Of a DNA stretch of 64,000 bases, positions 45,758 through 56,604 are shown piece after piece. Made by a program: the position numbers and the translations under genes. The first letter of the stretch is position 1, and the number at the start of each line of letters is the position of its first letter. The notes beneath the pieces were generated by a model that did not search any database, was not told the origin of the DNA, and saw nothing but the letters and a program-made list of their open reading frames with translations. The stretch is from Acetobacter sp. CAG:977 (GTDB lineage: Bacteria; Pseudomonadota; Alphaproteobacteria; CAAGCB01; CAG-977): contig HF994935.1 of NCBI GenBank assembly GCA_000434295.1, forward strand, positions 109,869-173,868, given 5' to 3'.

Positions 45758-46495
45758 ATGCAAGCGGGAACTATGCAAGCCTTGGCAAGTACGAACCTGT
45801 CGATGTGGGGATTGTTTATGCAGGCGGACTTTGTCGTCAAGACGGTCATGATACTGTTAATGATGGCATCGGTTTGGTCATGGGCGATTATTTTTGAAAA
45901 AGTCATGTTATTGCGCTCGGCCCGCGAAGACGCGAAGAAATTTGAAGCCCAGTTTTGGTCGGGGGGCTCTTTGGACGAGATGTTCGACCGTTTGGAAGCC
46001 AAGCCGTTCCGCTTAGACCCGATGTCGGCGATTTTCGTTGCGGCGATGAGGGAATGGCGGCGTTCTTCGGGTGTTTTGAACGGCGGCATTCACGGGACAA
46101 GCCTGCAACAGCGTATTGACAGAGTAATGCAGATTACGCTGGACAGAGAAGTCGACCGCATGGAAAAACGGATGACGTTTTTGGCATCGACGGGTTCCGT
46201 TTCGCCGTTTATCGGCTTGTTCGGAACGGTATGGGGGATTATGAACAGCTTTCATTCGATAGGCGCCAGCAACAATACGTCTTTGGCGGTTGTTGCCCCC
46301 GGTATCGCCGAAGCGCTGTTTGCGACGGCATTGGGGTTGGTTGCGGCCATTCCCGCGGTGTTGGCGTATAACAAGCTGTCAAGCGACATGAACCGCTATG
46401 CAAAGACGTTGGAAAACTTTGCAGGCGAATTCAGCACGATTTTGTCGCGCCAGATCGACGATACGACGCACCGTCCGGAAAAACGGAGCATGTAA
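45758..46495 (+). CDS. tolQ: Tol-Pal system protein TolQ
   Basis: MotA/TolQ/ExbB motifs (LASTGSVSPFIGLFGTVWGIM; VAPGIAEALFATALGL). Exact start is uncertain. Confidence 0.9.
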   Translation: MQAGTMQALASTNLSMWGLFMQADFVVKTVMILLMMASVWSWAIIFEKVMLLRSAREDAKKFEAQFWSGGSLDEMFDRLEAKPFRLDPMSAIFVAAMREWRRSSGVLNGGIHGTSLQQRIDRVMQITLDREVDRMEKRMTFLASTGSVSPFIGLFGTVWGIMNSFHSIGASNNTSLAVVAPGIAEALFATALGLVAAIPAVLAYNKLSSDMNRYAKTLENFAGEFSTILSRQIDDTTHRPEKRSM

Positions 46496-46978
46496 ATGGG
46501 AGCTTCGGTAAAATTTTCCAGCCGCGGCAGAAGGCATCAAAGCTCGTTTAACGAAATCAACGTCACGCCGATGGTTGACGTTATGCTGGTGTTGCTGGTT
46601 ATCTTTATGGTAACGGCGCCGATGCTGACGACGGGTATTTCTTTGGATTTGCCGCGCGGTGACGGTCAAACGATCGAAGACAGCGATCGCGCGGTGGATA
46701 TCAGCATTGATGCGCGTTCTCAGATTTATTTGGGCGACGAACGCGTTCGTCCCGATACGCTGGTTACGCGGCTCAAAGCCATGCAGCGCAGCAATCCGTC
46801 ATTAAAAATAATCATCAGCGGGGACAAAGCGGCTTCGTACGGTCAGGTTATCGAACTGATGTCTTTGTTACGTTTGGCAGGCATATCGAAAGTCGGGTTG
46901 AAAACGGGGGATTTGTTGGATACCCAAACGATCAAACCGAAAGCGCAGCCTAAAAAGGCGGCCAAGAAAAGGAAATAA
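46496..46978 (+). CDS. tolR: Tol-Pal system protein TolR (ExbD/TolR family)
   Basis: INVTPMVDVMLVLLVIFMVTAP with the conserved Asp. Confidence 0.88.
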   Translation: MGASVKFSSRGRRHQSSFNEINVTPMVDVMLVLLVIFMVTAPMLTTGISLDLPRGDGQTIEDSDRAVDISIDARSQIYLGDERVRPDTLVTRLKAMQRSNPSLKIIISGDKAASYGQVIELMSLLRLAGISKVGLKTGDLLDTQTIKPKAQPKKAAKKRK

Positions 46979-46983
46979 CGGCT

Positions 46984-47967
46984 GTGGGATTGCGGCTTTC
47001 CCTGTTTATGCGCATGCGTCATTATCCGTTTTTGTTTAAAACGGTGCAGAAGATGTTTGACCACATGCCGATGGTTATGTCGGTAACGTTGCATGTGTTT
47101 GTTATTTTTCTTCTGACGTACGATTTTTATTCGGAAAGCAAAAAGAACACGGTATCCGTACCGATGTTCGTGGTTGATCTGACGGACGTCAAGATCGGAC
47201 CGATGACGAATTTGCCGCCGAAGCTTTTGGAAAATGCGAAAAAGCCCGCCAAGACGAAAAAGAACGTCAAGACGTCGTCGTACAGCACGGCGAAGGGCGG
47301 CAAGAAATCCGAAGGCACGGGAACGTCACGCGGCGGTTCTTCGGGCGAAAGCGGGGCTTTTGCGACGTCGGGGGCGTCTTTGGAAAGCGAATTGAACAGC
47401 ATGTTGGATTCGATTTCTTCCAAGAAAAAGAAAAAAGAGAAAGCCTCGAATTCCGTAAAAGCGACGTCCGACGGTTCGGCGGACGGGGATCCGTTTAAAA
47501 CGCTGTTGGCGTCTGTTGACGGGATACGCAGCGGAATGGGGATGACATCCGACGAACCCGAAGTTTCGGAAGAAGACCGAGAAACCGACGGCATAGAAGG
47601 CGGCAGCGGCGGTAGCTATGTGCGCGAGCTGAGCGTTTCGGAAAAAGACATGCTGGGATTAAAACTGCGCCAATGCTGGAATTTGGATCCCGGCGTTCGC
47701 GGGGTTCAAAACATGACGGTTGAAATTCGCGCCTACTTGAATCGGGACGGCACGGTTCGCGATACAAAGATTTTGAACACGGGACGATACAAGAAGGATC
47801 CTGCCTTCCGTTCGGTGGCGGAAAGCGCACGGCGCGCGGTATATATATGCGATAAAAAAGGCGAGGAGTCTCCGTTCAAGATATTCCCGAAATATTACGA
47901 ACAGACATACGACAATTGGAAGACCCTGATGCTCAGGTTCAACCCGTTTGACGGCGGAGTTTTATAA
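46984..47967 (+). CDS. tolA: TolA-like cell envelope integrity protein
   Basis: TM anchor, a K/S/G-rich linker and a TolA/TonB-C-like end (LRQCWNLDPG...VEIRAYLNRDGTV). Located between tolR and tolB. Start uncertain. Confidence 0.75.
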   Translation: MGLRLSLFMRMRHYPFLFKTVQKMFDHMPMVMSVTLHVFVIFLLTYDFYSESKKNTVSVPMFVVDLTDVKIGPMTNLPPKLLENAKKPAKTKKNVKTSSYSTAKGGKKSEGTGTSRGGSSGESGAFATSGASLESELNSMLDSISSKKKKKEKASNSVKATSDGSADGDPFKTLLASVDGIRSGMGMTSDEPEVSEEDRETDGIEGGSGGSYVRELSVSEKDMLGLKLRQCWNLDPGVRGVQNMTVEIRAYLNRDGTVRDTKILNTGRYKKDPAFRSVAESARRAVYICDKKGEESPFKIFPKYYEQTYDNWKTLMLRFNPFDGGVL

Positions 47968-47970
47968 GCG

Positions 47971-49299
47971 ATGAAAAAGCGGATATCCTTTATATTAGTA
48001 TTGTTTTTCGGATTGTTTGCGTTTGAGGCGCAAGCAGAGCTGAGCATAGACATTACGGGGGCGCGTTCCGAACCGATGGCGGTTGCGATGCCTGATTTTG
48101 CGGGCAACAACGAAAAAGCCAAAGAGCTTGGGAAAAAGATTCGCGACATCATTCAGGCGGATTTGGAAAGCTCGGGTCTGTTCAAGGTTTTGGATTCCTA
48201 TGCCTATCTTCAAACGTTTAAAGGGATTGACGAAGCGCCGCGTTTTGTCGATTGGCAAGCCATACGGGCGGAAGCCTTGGTACAGGGTCAGGTTGACTAT
48301 ACGAACGCGAACCAGATCAGGGTTTCGTTCCGTTTATGGGACGTATTTTCGGCAGAAGAGCTGTCTTCGGTAGCGTTGGAAATAGACAACAAAGGTTGGC
48401 GTCGCGTGGCGCATATCATTGCGGACACGATTTACAAGCGCATCACGGGCGAAGAAGGCTATTTTGACACGCGCATCGTTTATGTGGCGGAAACGGGGTC
48501 TGCGATTAACCGTATCAAGCGTTTGGCGATTATGGATCAGGACGGGGAAAATCATCAATTTTTGACGGACGGCCTGAATTTGGTTTTGACGCCGCGTTTT
48601 TCGCCGAATATGCAACAAATCACGTATATGTCGTATTACCGTGACACGCCGCGCGTTTATTTGTTTGACATAGAAACGGGCAAACAGCAAATCGTGGGCG
48701 ATTTTCCGGGCATGACGTTTGCGCCGCGTTTTTCGCCGGACGGGCACAAGCTGATTATGTCGATGGCGGAAGACGGAAATACGGACATTTTCGAAATGAA
48801 TTTGGATACGCGCGTTGTGCGCCAGTTGACGCGTCATCCGGCGATTGATACGTCTCCGAGCTATTCGCCCGACGGGAAGAAGATAGTTTTCAATTCGGAT
48901 CGCAGCGGAGCGCAACAGCTTTACGTTATGGATGCGAACGGCAAGAACGTGCGGCGCATCAGTTTCGGAGCGGGCAGATATGCGACGCCGGTATGGTCGC
49001 CGCGCGGGGACTATATTGCGTTTACAAAGATGCAGGGGCGCAAATTTTATATCGGGGTGATGTTCCCCGACGGGACGGGCGAACGCTTGGTCGCCGAAGG
49101 GTATTTGGTCGAAGCGCCGACATGGTCTCCGAACGGTCGTTTGCTGATGTATTTCCGTCAGGATCCACCGGGATTTGACGGCATACCGGGCGCAACGAAA
49201 ATTTACGCGGTTGACATTACGGGGTATAACGAACGCCGTTTGATTACGCCGGTTGATGCGTCGGATCCGGCATGGTCACCTTTGTTGTCGAACCGATAA
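47971..49299 (+). CDS. tolB: Tol-Pal system beta-propeller protein TolB
   Basis: Signal peptide. Repeated SP(S/D)G motifs (PRFSPDGHKL, PSYSPDGKKI, PVWSPRGDYI, PTWSPNGRLL). Confidence 0.93.
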   Translation: MKKRISFILVLFFGLFAFEAQAELSIDITGARSEPMAVAMPDFAGNNEKAKELGKKIRDIIQADLESSGLFKVLDSYAYLQTFKGIDEAPRFVDWQAIRAEALVQGQVDYTNANQIRVSFRLWDVFSAEELSSVALEIDNKGWRRVAHIIADTIYKRITGEEGYFDTRIVYVAETGSAINRIKRLAIMDQDGENHQFLTDGLNLVLTPRFSPNMQQITYMSYYRDTPRVYLFDIETGKQQIVGDFPGMTFAPRFSPDGHKLIMSMAEDGNTDIFEMNLDTRVVRQLTRHPAIDTSPSYSPDGKKIVFNSDRSGAQQLYVMDANGKNVRRISFGAGRYATPVWSPRGDYIAFTKMQGRKFYIGVMFPDGTGERLVAEGYLVEAPTWSPNGRLLMYFRQDPPGFDGIPGATKIYAVDITGYNERRLITPVDASDPAWSPLLSNR

Positions 49300-49319
49300 A
49301 ACAAAGAATTTATCGGCAG

Positions 49320-49376
49320 GTATGATATTTTGAGTTGATAAAATGAATAAAATTCATTAAATTCAAAAAATCATAC
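49320..49376. promoter_or_regulatory. Nested dyad-symmetric A/T-rich element in the tolB-pal spacer
   Basis: Outer arms are GTATGAT (49320-49326) / ATCATAC (49370-49376). Inner arms are AATGAAT (49342-49348) / ATTCATT (49352-49358). The two dyads are nearly concentric. Confidence 0.3.
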
Positions 49377-49411
49377 TGATTTATGGTGTTTCATTAGTTA
49401 GGAGAAATTTT

Positions 49412-49879
49412 ATGAAAACACGTTTTCTGGCTGTTTTGGCCTCATTGGCTTTAGTATCCGCCTGCGCGAGCACGGAATCCGTAGAAGAAGCATCTTCCAC
49501 GACGTCTCAGGCTGTTGTCGAAGGACAGAACGAAGATTTCGCTCAGACGGCGAAAGATCGCGTCTTCTTTGGTTTTGACAAATCCAGCCTGACCTCGGAA
49601 GCCGTCAATACGTTGAAAGCTCAGGCCGAATGGCTGCAGGCCAATCCTGACACGAACGTCATTGTCGAAGGCCACACCGACGATCGCGGTACGCGCGAAT
49701 ACAACCTGGCTTTGGGCGAACGCCGTGCCGTTGCCGTTAAGAACTACCTGATTTCTCGCGGTGTTGACGCTGAACGCATCAAAACGATTTCTTACGGTAA
49801 AGAACGTCCGGCCGTTGTCGGCGCCAATGAAGCCGCTTGGGCTCAGAACCGCCGTGCCGTTACGGTTGTTAAAGACTAA
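49412..49879 (+). CDS. pal: Peptidoglycan-associated lipoprotein Pal
   Basis: Lipobox LVSAC. OmpA-like domain (VEGHTDDRGTREYNLALGERRAVAVKNYL...NRRAV). Confidence 0.93.
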   Translation: MKTRFLAVLASLALVSACASTESVEEASSTTSQAVVEGQNEDFAQTAKDRVFFGFDKSSLTSEAVNTLKAQAEWLQANPDTNVIVEGHTDDRGTREYNLALGERRAVAVKNYLISRGVDAERIKTISYGKERPAVVGANEAAWAQNRRAVTVVKD

Positions 49880-49904
49880 TTCGTAAAAACACCATAATTA
49901 AAGG

Positions 49905-49936
49905 AAGCGCCTCGTTTATCGGGGCGCTTTTTTTAT
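49905..49936 (+). terminator. Rho-independent terminator after pal
   Basis: agcgcctcg / cggggcgct stem (one mismatch) followed by a T-run. Confidence 0.6.
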
Positions 49937-50023
49937 TATTTTTTTGTAAATCCATAAAACTGTTTGCGAAAGCTGAGAGCATCCCTATAATCAAAAGAAA
50001 TTTTTTGTATTTCAGAGGATAAG

Positions 50024-50896
50024 ATGAAACCGATTTTATGTTTTGTTTTTTCTTTTATTCTGTTTTTAAGCACTCCCGTGAGTGCCGAAGGGGTCGGCGA
50101 ATTGACCACCAGACTGGACAAGCTGGAAGCCGCCATGAGAAAAGTACAGAAAAATATGCCTTCAACTTCCGGCAAGGGAACAAAAAACGATACGGAAGAA
50201 TCTGTTGATGCGGCGTTTATGCAGGCGCAAGGATTGGAAGAAAGCGTTCGCGATTTGACGGGACAGATCGAAACGTTCCGTTTTAAACAGGATAAACAGT
50301 CCGAACAGTTAAAGAAAATCAATGCGGATATCGGGTTAAGGTTAAAAGGATTGGAAGAAAAACTTTCCAAGCTTGAGGAACGCCTGGACAAGATGCAGGA
50401 AGCCGAACGCAAAGCGGCGGCGGCAAAAGAAAAAGAAGCCGCAAAAGCCAAGGCGGAAGCCAAAGCCGAAGAAAATAAAATGGCATCCATCAAAAAAGAT
50501 TTCGGCAAAATGAAGCCGAACGAACTTTACAAAAGCGCGTTTTCGGCATTGAAAAAGAATGATTACAAGAACGCCGAACGGCGTTTTGAAGCGTTCACGA
50601 TTTTATTTCCGAAACATAATTTGGCGGGCAACGCTCAATATTGGATGGGAGAATCCTTTTATGCGCGCGGGAATTACGAACAGGCGGCGATTGCTTTTGC
50701 AGACGGGTTCAAGATGTTTCGCGACAGCCAAAAGGCGCCCGACAATCTTTTAAAACTGGGGCTGACGATGGCTCGTTTGAACAAGAAAAAAGAAGCCTGC
50801 ATCGCGTTTAAGACGTTCAGCAAAGAATATCCGAAAGTGTCGGATGCAATGAAAAAGCGTTTGGAAAAAGAAGCTCAAAAAGTCGGATGCAAATAA
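50024..50896 (+). CDS. cpoB: Tol-Pal system protein CpoB/YbgF
   Basis: Signal peptide, coiled coil, then TPR-like C-terminus (YWMGESFYARGNYEQAAIAF...LLKLGLTMARL). Confidence 0.85.
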   Translation: MKPILCFVFSFILFLSTPVSAEGVGELTTRLDKLEAAMRKVQKNMPSTSGKGTKNDTEESVDAAFMQAQGLEESVRDLTGQIETFRFKQDKQSEQLKKINADIGLRLKGLEEKLSKLEERLDKMQEAERKAAAAKEKEAAKAKAEAKAEENKMASIKKDFGKMKPNELYKSAFSALKKNDYKNAERRFEAFTILFPKHNLAGNAQYWMGESFYARGNYEQAAIAFADGFKMFRDSQKAPDNLLKLGLTMARLNKKKEACIAFKTFSKEYPKVSDAMKKRLEKEAQKVGCK

Positions 50897-52173
50897 AGGA
50901 AGCGTATCAGCCAATGCAAACGGAAGCGGCCTTTGACAAAGCGATGGCCGCTTTTGGTTTTTGCGGGAAATCGTCAGAGCGCGTTGCCGTTGCCGTTTCG
51001 GGCGGGGCGGACAGCATGGCGTTGTTTCGGTTGTTGCTCGGGTATTCGGAAAAAAGCGGCATAAAGCTTTCGGTTTTTACGGTAGATCACGGTCTGCGTC
51101 CCGAATCCGCCGCGGAAGCGCGATTTGTTTTTGACGAAGCAAAGCGGATGGGCGTGCCGTGCCGCATACTGAAATGGGCAGGGGAGAAACCGCTGAGCGG
51201 GATTGAAAAGACGGCGCGTGAAGCGCGTTACGGTCTGTTATTTTCCGCGTGCCGCGAAGAAGGGATAAAATCTTTATTTTTAGGGCACCACCGTCAGGAT
51301 CAGGCGGAAACTTTTTTATTGCGCCGCGCGGCGCACAGCGGTGCGTTGGGGTTGGCGGGAATGTCGGCGGTGCGCTCGTTTGCGTTTGGCAGGATGTATC
51401 GCCCGCTGTTGGGGATTTCGCCTTCGGAGCTTCGCGCGTATGATCGCAGCTTGGGGCAAACGTGGGTGGAAGACCCGACGAACGCTTCGAATTGTTTTGA
51501 ACGCGGCCGGATCCGTCAAACGGCTTCTTCGGACGTTTTGGAGGATGCGTTTTTTCAAAGCCTGAAATACGGAGCGCAACGCATGGAAACGGAGCGTCAG
51601 CGGACGGAATTTTTAAATGCGAACGCACAGGTTTTTGACAAAGGGTATGTTTTAATGTCCCGCGCGGGCTTTTTGGATGCAAAGCGGGAAACGGTCGTCG
51701 GCAGCATGGGGGAAGTGCTGAGGGCGGTTGCGAACAAAGCATATGTGCCGAAGGAAGACTCATTGGAACGGCTTTACGAGAATATAAGGCGTTCCGATTT
51801 CAAAGGATGTTCTTTGGGCGGGTGTCGTATTGCGCCGTCGGCAAAGGGGCGTTTGCTGATTTGGCGGGAATATGCGGATTTGCCGCCGCCGTTGCGTACG
51901 GGGTCGGAACGTTTGTTTTATTGGGATCGCTTTGCATTTGAGCTTTCGCAAAGTACGGAAGGTTTGGTCGTCAAAGCGTTGGAAGGGCGTTTGAAAGAGC
52001 TTTGGCGGGCGCCGAAGCGGTGTTTTTTTGTGCTTCCGGCACTTTTTGACAGAGAAGGTCTTTTTCTTGTGCCGCATTTAGGGTATAAGAAAACGAATGT
52101 TTCCTGCCGTGCGGATTTTGCGCCGATTTATCCTTTGTGCAAATCTCCCGAATGGATGCTCCCTGTGACTTAA
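50887..52173 (+). CDS. tilS: tRNA(Ile)-lysidine synthetase
   Basis: PP-loop [12 protein letters not shown]; VDHGLRPES; [15 protein letters not shown]. An alternative start exists at 50914. Confidence 0.85.
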   Translation: MQIKEAYQPMQTEAAFDKAMAAFGFCGKSSERVAVAVSGGADSMALFRLLLGYSEKSGIKLSVFTVDHGLRPESAAEARFVFDEAKRMGVPCRILKWAGEKPLSGIEKTAREARYGLLFSACREEGIKSLFLGHHRQDQAETFLLRRAAHSGALGLAGMSAVRSFAFGRMYRPLLGISPSELRAYDRSLGQTWVEDPTNASNCFERGRIRQTASSDVLEDAFFQSLKYGAQRMETERQRTEFLNANAQVFDKGYVLMSRAGFLDAKRETVVGSMGEVLRAVANKAYVPKEDSLERLYENIRRSDFKGCSLGGCRIAPSAKGRLLIWREYADLPPPLRTGSERLFYWDRFAFELSQSTEGLVVKALEGRLKELWRAPKRCFFVLPALFDREGLFLVPHLGYKKTNVSCRADFAPIYPLCKSPEWMLPVT

Positions 52174-52192
52174 AAAAGACAAGGCGGTTGTA

Positions 52193-54148
52193 GTGAAAAA
52201 GAATTTTTTTGTTTGGGTTCTGGCAGCGATGATTTTATTCACGCTGTTTGATGCTTTTCAACAAGGGGCGGTCGGTACGAAACGGATCAGCATGCCTTTT
52301 TCGGAATTTACGGCTCAGGTTCAGGAAGGCAAGGTGTCCGAAGTCGTTTTGCGCGGCAAAAAGATAGACGGCGTTCTTCAGGACGGCAGGAAGTTTTCTT
52401 TGTATGCGCCCGAAGATTCGGGGTTGGTGCCGATGTTGCTGGAAAAGAACGTTCGTGTTACGGCGTTGCCGGCGGAAGGGGAAGAAACATCGTTTTGGAG
52501 CGGGTTGCTTTATTGGCTGCCGTTTGTTTTATTTATCGGTGTTTGGATTTTCTTTATGCGCCAGATGCAGGCGGGCAACGGCAAGGCGATGAGCTTTGGC
52601 AAATCGCGTGCCAAGCTGTTGGAAGGGCAGGGAAAAGTAACGTTTGCCGACGTCGCGGGCATTGACGAAGCCAAAGAAGATTTGGTTGAGATCGTTGATT
52701 TTTTGAAAGACCCTCCGAGATTTCAGCGTTTGGGCGGCAAAATTCCCCGCGGCGTATTGCTGGTCGGTCCTCCGGGGACGGGTAAGACGTTGTTGGCAAA
52801 GGCGATTGCGGGCGAAGCAAACGTGCCGTTTTTTACGATATCGGGTTCCGACTTTGTCGAAATGTTTGTCGGTGTCGGCGCGTCGCGCGTGCGCGATATG
52901 TTTGAACAGGCGAAAAAACATTCTCCGTGTTTGGTCTTTATTGACGAAATCGATGCCGTCGGACGTCACAGAGGAGCGGGGCTCGGCGGCGGCAATGACG
53001 AACGCGAACAGACGCTGAACCAGTTGCTGGTCGAAATGGACGGCTTTGATACGAACGAAGCGGTTATTCTGATTGCGGCGACGAACCGTCCCGACGTATT
53101 GGATCCCGCTTTGTTGCGTCCGGGACGCTTTGACCGTCAGGTGGTTGTTCCGAATCCCGATGTCGTGGGGCGTGAAAAGATATTAAAAGTTCATATGAAA
53201 AAAGTACCGATAGGTCCCGATGTGAACGTATCCGTTCTGGCGCGCGGTACTCCCGGTTTTTCGGGCGCCGATTTGGCGAATTTGGTCAATGAAGCGGCTC
53301 TGTTGGCGGCCAGACGCAATAAACGCGTCGTAACGATGGCGGATTTCGAATACGCCAAAGATAAAGTGATGATGGGAGCGGAACGCCGTTCCATGGTGAT
53401 GAGCGAAGACGAAAAGAAAATGACGGCATATCACGAAGCGGGACATGCGATATGTACGATTCACTGCGAACATTCCGATCCGATTCACAAAGCGACGATT
53501 ATTCCGCGCGGCAGGGCTTTGGGTATGGTTATGCAGTTGCCCGAACGCGACAACGTATCGTATTCAAAGGCAAAACTGAAAGACCGCTTATGTACGGCGT
53601 TCGGCGGCCGTGTCGCCGAAGAAATCGTTTTCGGACCCGAAAACGTATCAACGGGGGCGGAATCCGATATACGGATGGCAACGTCGATTGCACGCCGCAT
53701 GGTAACGGAATGGGGGATGAACGAGGATATCGGTCCGATAGCGTTGGAAGAACCCGACGGCGAAGTCTTTTTAGGCTATTCGATGTCAAAGCGCAAAGCG
53801 TTGTCCGATGAAATGGCGGCGAAGATCGATTCTGAAATTCGTGCGATTATTGACGAAGCGTACGAACGCGCGCGCACGATTTTGACGGATTATCATGAAG
53901 AACACGAACTGTTGGCTCAGGCGCTTTTGGAATACGAAACGTTGACGGGCGATGAAATTAAAGCGGTGATTAAAGGCGAGAAGATAACGCGCGAAGAACC
54001 GGGCGTTCACGTTTCGTTACGTTCGACGGTTCCCGTCAGCGACGACGGGGATACGGAGTCCGAAGCCTCCGATAAGGCCGCTTCCGCTTCTGAAAACGAT
54101 AAAGCCGCAGAAGAAGTTTCATCTTCAAAGGACAAGGAAGAAGACTGA
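52193..54148 (+). CDS. ftsH: ATP-dependent zinc metalloprotease FtsH
   Basis: GTG start; Walker A GPPGTGKT; SRH region; zinc site HEAGHA. Acidic C-terminal tail. Confidence 0.96.
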   Translation: MKKNFFVWVLAAMILFTLFDAFQQGAVGTKRISMPFSEFTAQVQEGKVSEVVLRGKKIDGVLQDGRKFSLYAPEDSGLVPMLLEKNVRVTALPAEGEETSFWSGLLYWLPFVLFIGVWIFFMRQMQAGNGKAMSFGKSRAKLLEGQGKVTFADVAGIDEAKEDLVEIVDFLKDPPRFQRLGGKIPRGVLLVGPPGTGKTLLAKAIAGEANVPFFTISGSDFVEMFVGVGASRVRDMFEQAKKHSPCLVFIDEIDAVGRHRGAGLGGGNDEREQTLNQLLVEMDGFDTNEAVILIAATNRPDVLDPALLRPGRFDRQVVVPNPDVVGREKILKVHMKKVPIGPDVNVSVLARGTPGFSGADLANLVNEAALLAARRNKRVVTMADFEYAKDKVMMGAERRSMVMSEDEKKMTAYHEAGHAICTIHCEHSDPIHKATIIPRGRALGMVMQLPERDNVSYSKAKLKDRLCTAFGGRVAEEIVFGPENVSTGAESDIRMATSIARRMVTEWGMNEDIGPIALEEPDGEVFLGYSMSKRKALSDEMAAKIDSEIRAIIDEAYERARTILTDYHEEHELLAQALLEYETLTGDEIKAVIKGEKITREEPGVHVSLRSTVPVSDDGDTESEASDKAASASENDKAAEEVSSSKDKEED

Positions 54149-54153
54149 TTTAA

Positions 54154-55209
54154 ATGAAAAACGTTGTACGTCTCGGGCAGTTGCCGCGGGAAAAAGGCGT
54201 TTGGTCGGAAGAACCTTCCAAATCCGTGTATTTGAATCCGTTATACAAGGCTGAGTATTTTGAGGTTTTAATCCGTGATGCCGAAGACGTATTCAGCATT
54301 CATGCTTCAACGGCCGAAATTGATTCTTGGTCGAACTCTGTCGGGATCGGGTCTTATACGGACAGGATTTTTGAAAATTTTTCAAATCCTGTAAAAACGT
54401 TTGCCGGATTACCGCTGAACAAGCCTTTGATTATGGGGATCGTTAATGCGACGCCGGACAGCTTTTCAAACGGCGGGCGTTTCGATACGGCGGATACGGG
54501 CATGCAAATGCTTTACGACGGGGCGGATCTGATTGACGTCGGCGGGGAATCGACGCGTCCGGGCGCACGGTGCGTTGATGCCGAAGAAGAAGCCGGACGC
54601 GTTTTGCCCGTTGTTGAAGAACTTTTGCATAACGGTGCCGTCGTGTCCGTCGATACGCGCAAATCTTTTGTTGTGGCGGGGGCGATACAGGCGGGGGCTC
54701 AGATTATTAACGATGTTTCCGCTTTTACGTTTGACGGGGACGGGCTGGAATATGTGTCGCAAACGCCGCAGACAGCCGTCATTTTAATGCATTCGCAAGG
54801 TACGCCCGAACATATGCAGGATGCGCCGTCTTATGACGGTCCGGCATCTTTGGAAGTTTTTGATTATCTGTCGGACAGAATCACGGCATGCGAAAAAGCG
54901 GGAGTTTTTCGTAACAGAATTTGTATTGACCCCGGCATAGGCTTTGGTAAAACACTGTCAGACAATTGCGAGATATTAAGCCGGTTAGGGATGCTTAAAG
55001 GGCTGGGATGTCCGTTGCTGTTGGGCGTTTCGAGGAAAAGCTTTATTGCGGCGGCGTCCCGAAACGAACCGTCGGATTTTCGGTTAAGCGGCACGATATC
55101 GGCAGAGATTACGGCGCTGGACAAAGGCGCGGACATATTAAGGGTTCATGACGTTGCCGAAACGCTGCAAGCGGTTTCGGTATGGCGGAAAACAAAGGAG
55201 TTTGAATAA
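54154..55209 (+). CDS. folP: Dihydropteroate synthase with a ~90-aa N-terminal extension
   Basis: The Pterin-binding core starts at IMGIVNATPDSFSNGGRF, with DVGGESTRPG and INDVSA. The preceding ~90 aa are unassigned. Confidence 0.88.
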   Translation: MKNVVRLGQLPREKGVWSEEPSKSVYLNPLYKAEYFEVLIRDAEDVFSIHASTAEIDSWSNSVGIGSYTDRIFENFSNPVKTFAGLPLNKPLIMGIVNATPDSFSNGGRFDTADTGMQMLYDGADLIDVGGESTRPGARCVDAEEEAGRVLPVVEELLHNGAVVSVDTRKSFVVAGAIQAGAQIINDVSAFTFDGDGLEYVSQTPQTAVILMHSQGTPEHMQDAPSYDGPASLEVFDYLSDRITACEKAGVFRNRICIDPGIGFGKTLSDNCEILSRLGMLKGLGCPLLLGVSRKSFIAAASRNEPSDFRLSGTISAEITALDKGADILRVHDVAETLQAVSVWRKTKEFE

Positions 55210-56589
55210 ATGGCGGTACGGAAACTATTTGGCACGGACGGCGTGCGCGGCAGAGCGAATCAGGAACCGATGACGGCGGAAAACGCTTTAAAGCTGGGAA
55301 TAGCGGCGGGCTCTTTGTTCATGCGCGGCGACCACCGTCGTCAGGTCGTTATCGGCAAAGATACGCGCTTGTCGGGCTACATGATAGAAAATGCGCTGGT
55401 TGCCGGGTTCACGGCCGTCGGTATGGACGTTTTATTGTTGGGGCCGATGCCGACGCCTGCCGTCGCAATGCTGACGCGCAGCATGCGTGCGGATTTGGGC
55501 GTGGTTATTTCGGCGTCTCATAACAAGTACGAAGATAACGGCATTAAATTTTTCGGTCCCGACGGTTATAAGTTGTCCGATGACGTGGAAGCCGAAATAG
55601 AATCCCGCGTTTTCGGCGACATCAACAAATTTTTGGCGCCTCCGTCTCAAATCGGTCAGGCGCATCGCTTGGACGACGCGGTCGGTCGCTATATCGAATA
55701 TGTTAAAAACACGTTTCCGCACGGGTTGCGTTTGGACGGTCTGAAAGTCGTTCTGGACTGTGCGAACGGAGCGTCTTATCGCGTTGCGCCGACGGTTTTG
55801 TATGAATTGGGAGCGGAAGTCATCGCTATCGGCGTAGATCCCGACGGACGCAACATCAATGCCGGCTACGGCGCCGTTGATACGGATCGTATGTGCGCGG
55901 AAGTTTTGGCTCAGGGTGCGGATATCGGTATTGCTTTGGACGGAGACGCGGATCGGCTGATCGTCAGTGACGAAGAAGGTCAAATCATTGACGGCGACCA
56001 GATTTTGGCGTTGGTCAGCCGCGAATGGAAAGCGCAAGGCATATTAAAAGGCAACGGCATCGTGACGACGGTAATGTCGAATTTAGGCTTGGAACGCTTT
56101 TTGAATCAAAACGGGATGGAACTGATTCGGACGCAGGTCGGTGATCGTTACGTTGTCGAAAAGATGCGTGCGGACGGCTATAATTTGGGCGGCGAACAAT
56201 CGGGGCATTTGATTTTGGGCGAACATTCGACGACGGGCGACGGATTGGTCGCGGCGTTGCAGGTTTGTGCCGCGATTGTTAAAGAAAAAGCGCCGACCAG
56301 CCATGTGATGCATTTGTTTGAACCGATACCGCAATTGTTAAAGAACGTTCGCTTGGCAGACCGTTCTTTGGCGGCGGCGGCACTGGATTCCGATACGCTG
56401 AGGGTTTTAATCGCATCAATGGAAAAAGAATTGGGTAAAGACGGACGTATTCTGATACGCGCTTCGGGAACGGAACCGTTGATTCGCATTATGTTGGAAG
56501 GCGAAGACAGAAAACGGATTTCCGATATGGCCGATAAAATAGCCGAAGCATTGGAAGCCGAAGTCAAAGGTCTTCATGCCCAAGGTTAA
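55210..56589 (+). CDS. glmM: Phosphoglucosamine mutase
   Basis: LFGTDGVRG; active-site [15 protein letters not shown]; DGDADR. Confidence 0.95.
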   Translation: MAVRKLFGTDGVRGRANQEPMTAENALKLGIAAGSLFMRGDHRRQVVIGKDTRLSGYMIENALVAGFTAVGMDVLLLGPMPTPAVAMLTRSMRADLGVVISASHNKYEDNGIKFFGPDGYKLSDDVEAEIESRVFGDINKFLAPPSQIGQAHRLDDAVGRYIEYVKNTFPHGLRLDGLKVVLDCANGASYRVAPTVLYELGAEVIAIGVDPDGRNINAGYGAVDTDRMCAEVLAQGADIGIALDGDADRLIVSDEEGQIIDGDQILALVSREWKAQGILKGNGIVTTVMSNLGLERFLNQNGMELIRTQVGDRYVVEKMRADGYNLGGEQSGHLILGEHSTTGDGLVAALQVCAAIVKEKAPTSHVMHLFEPIPQLLKNVRLADRSLAAAALDSDTLRVLIASMEKELGKDGRILIRASGTEPLIRIMLEGEDRKRISDMADKIAEALEAEVKGLHAQG

Positions 56590-56604
56590 GTAAGGAGATT
56601 TTAA

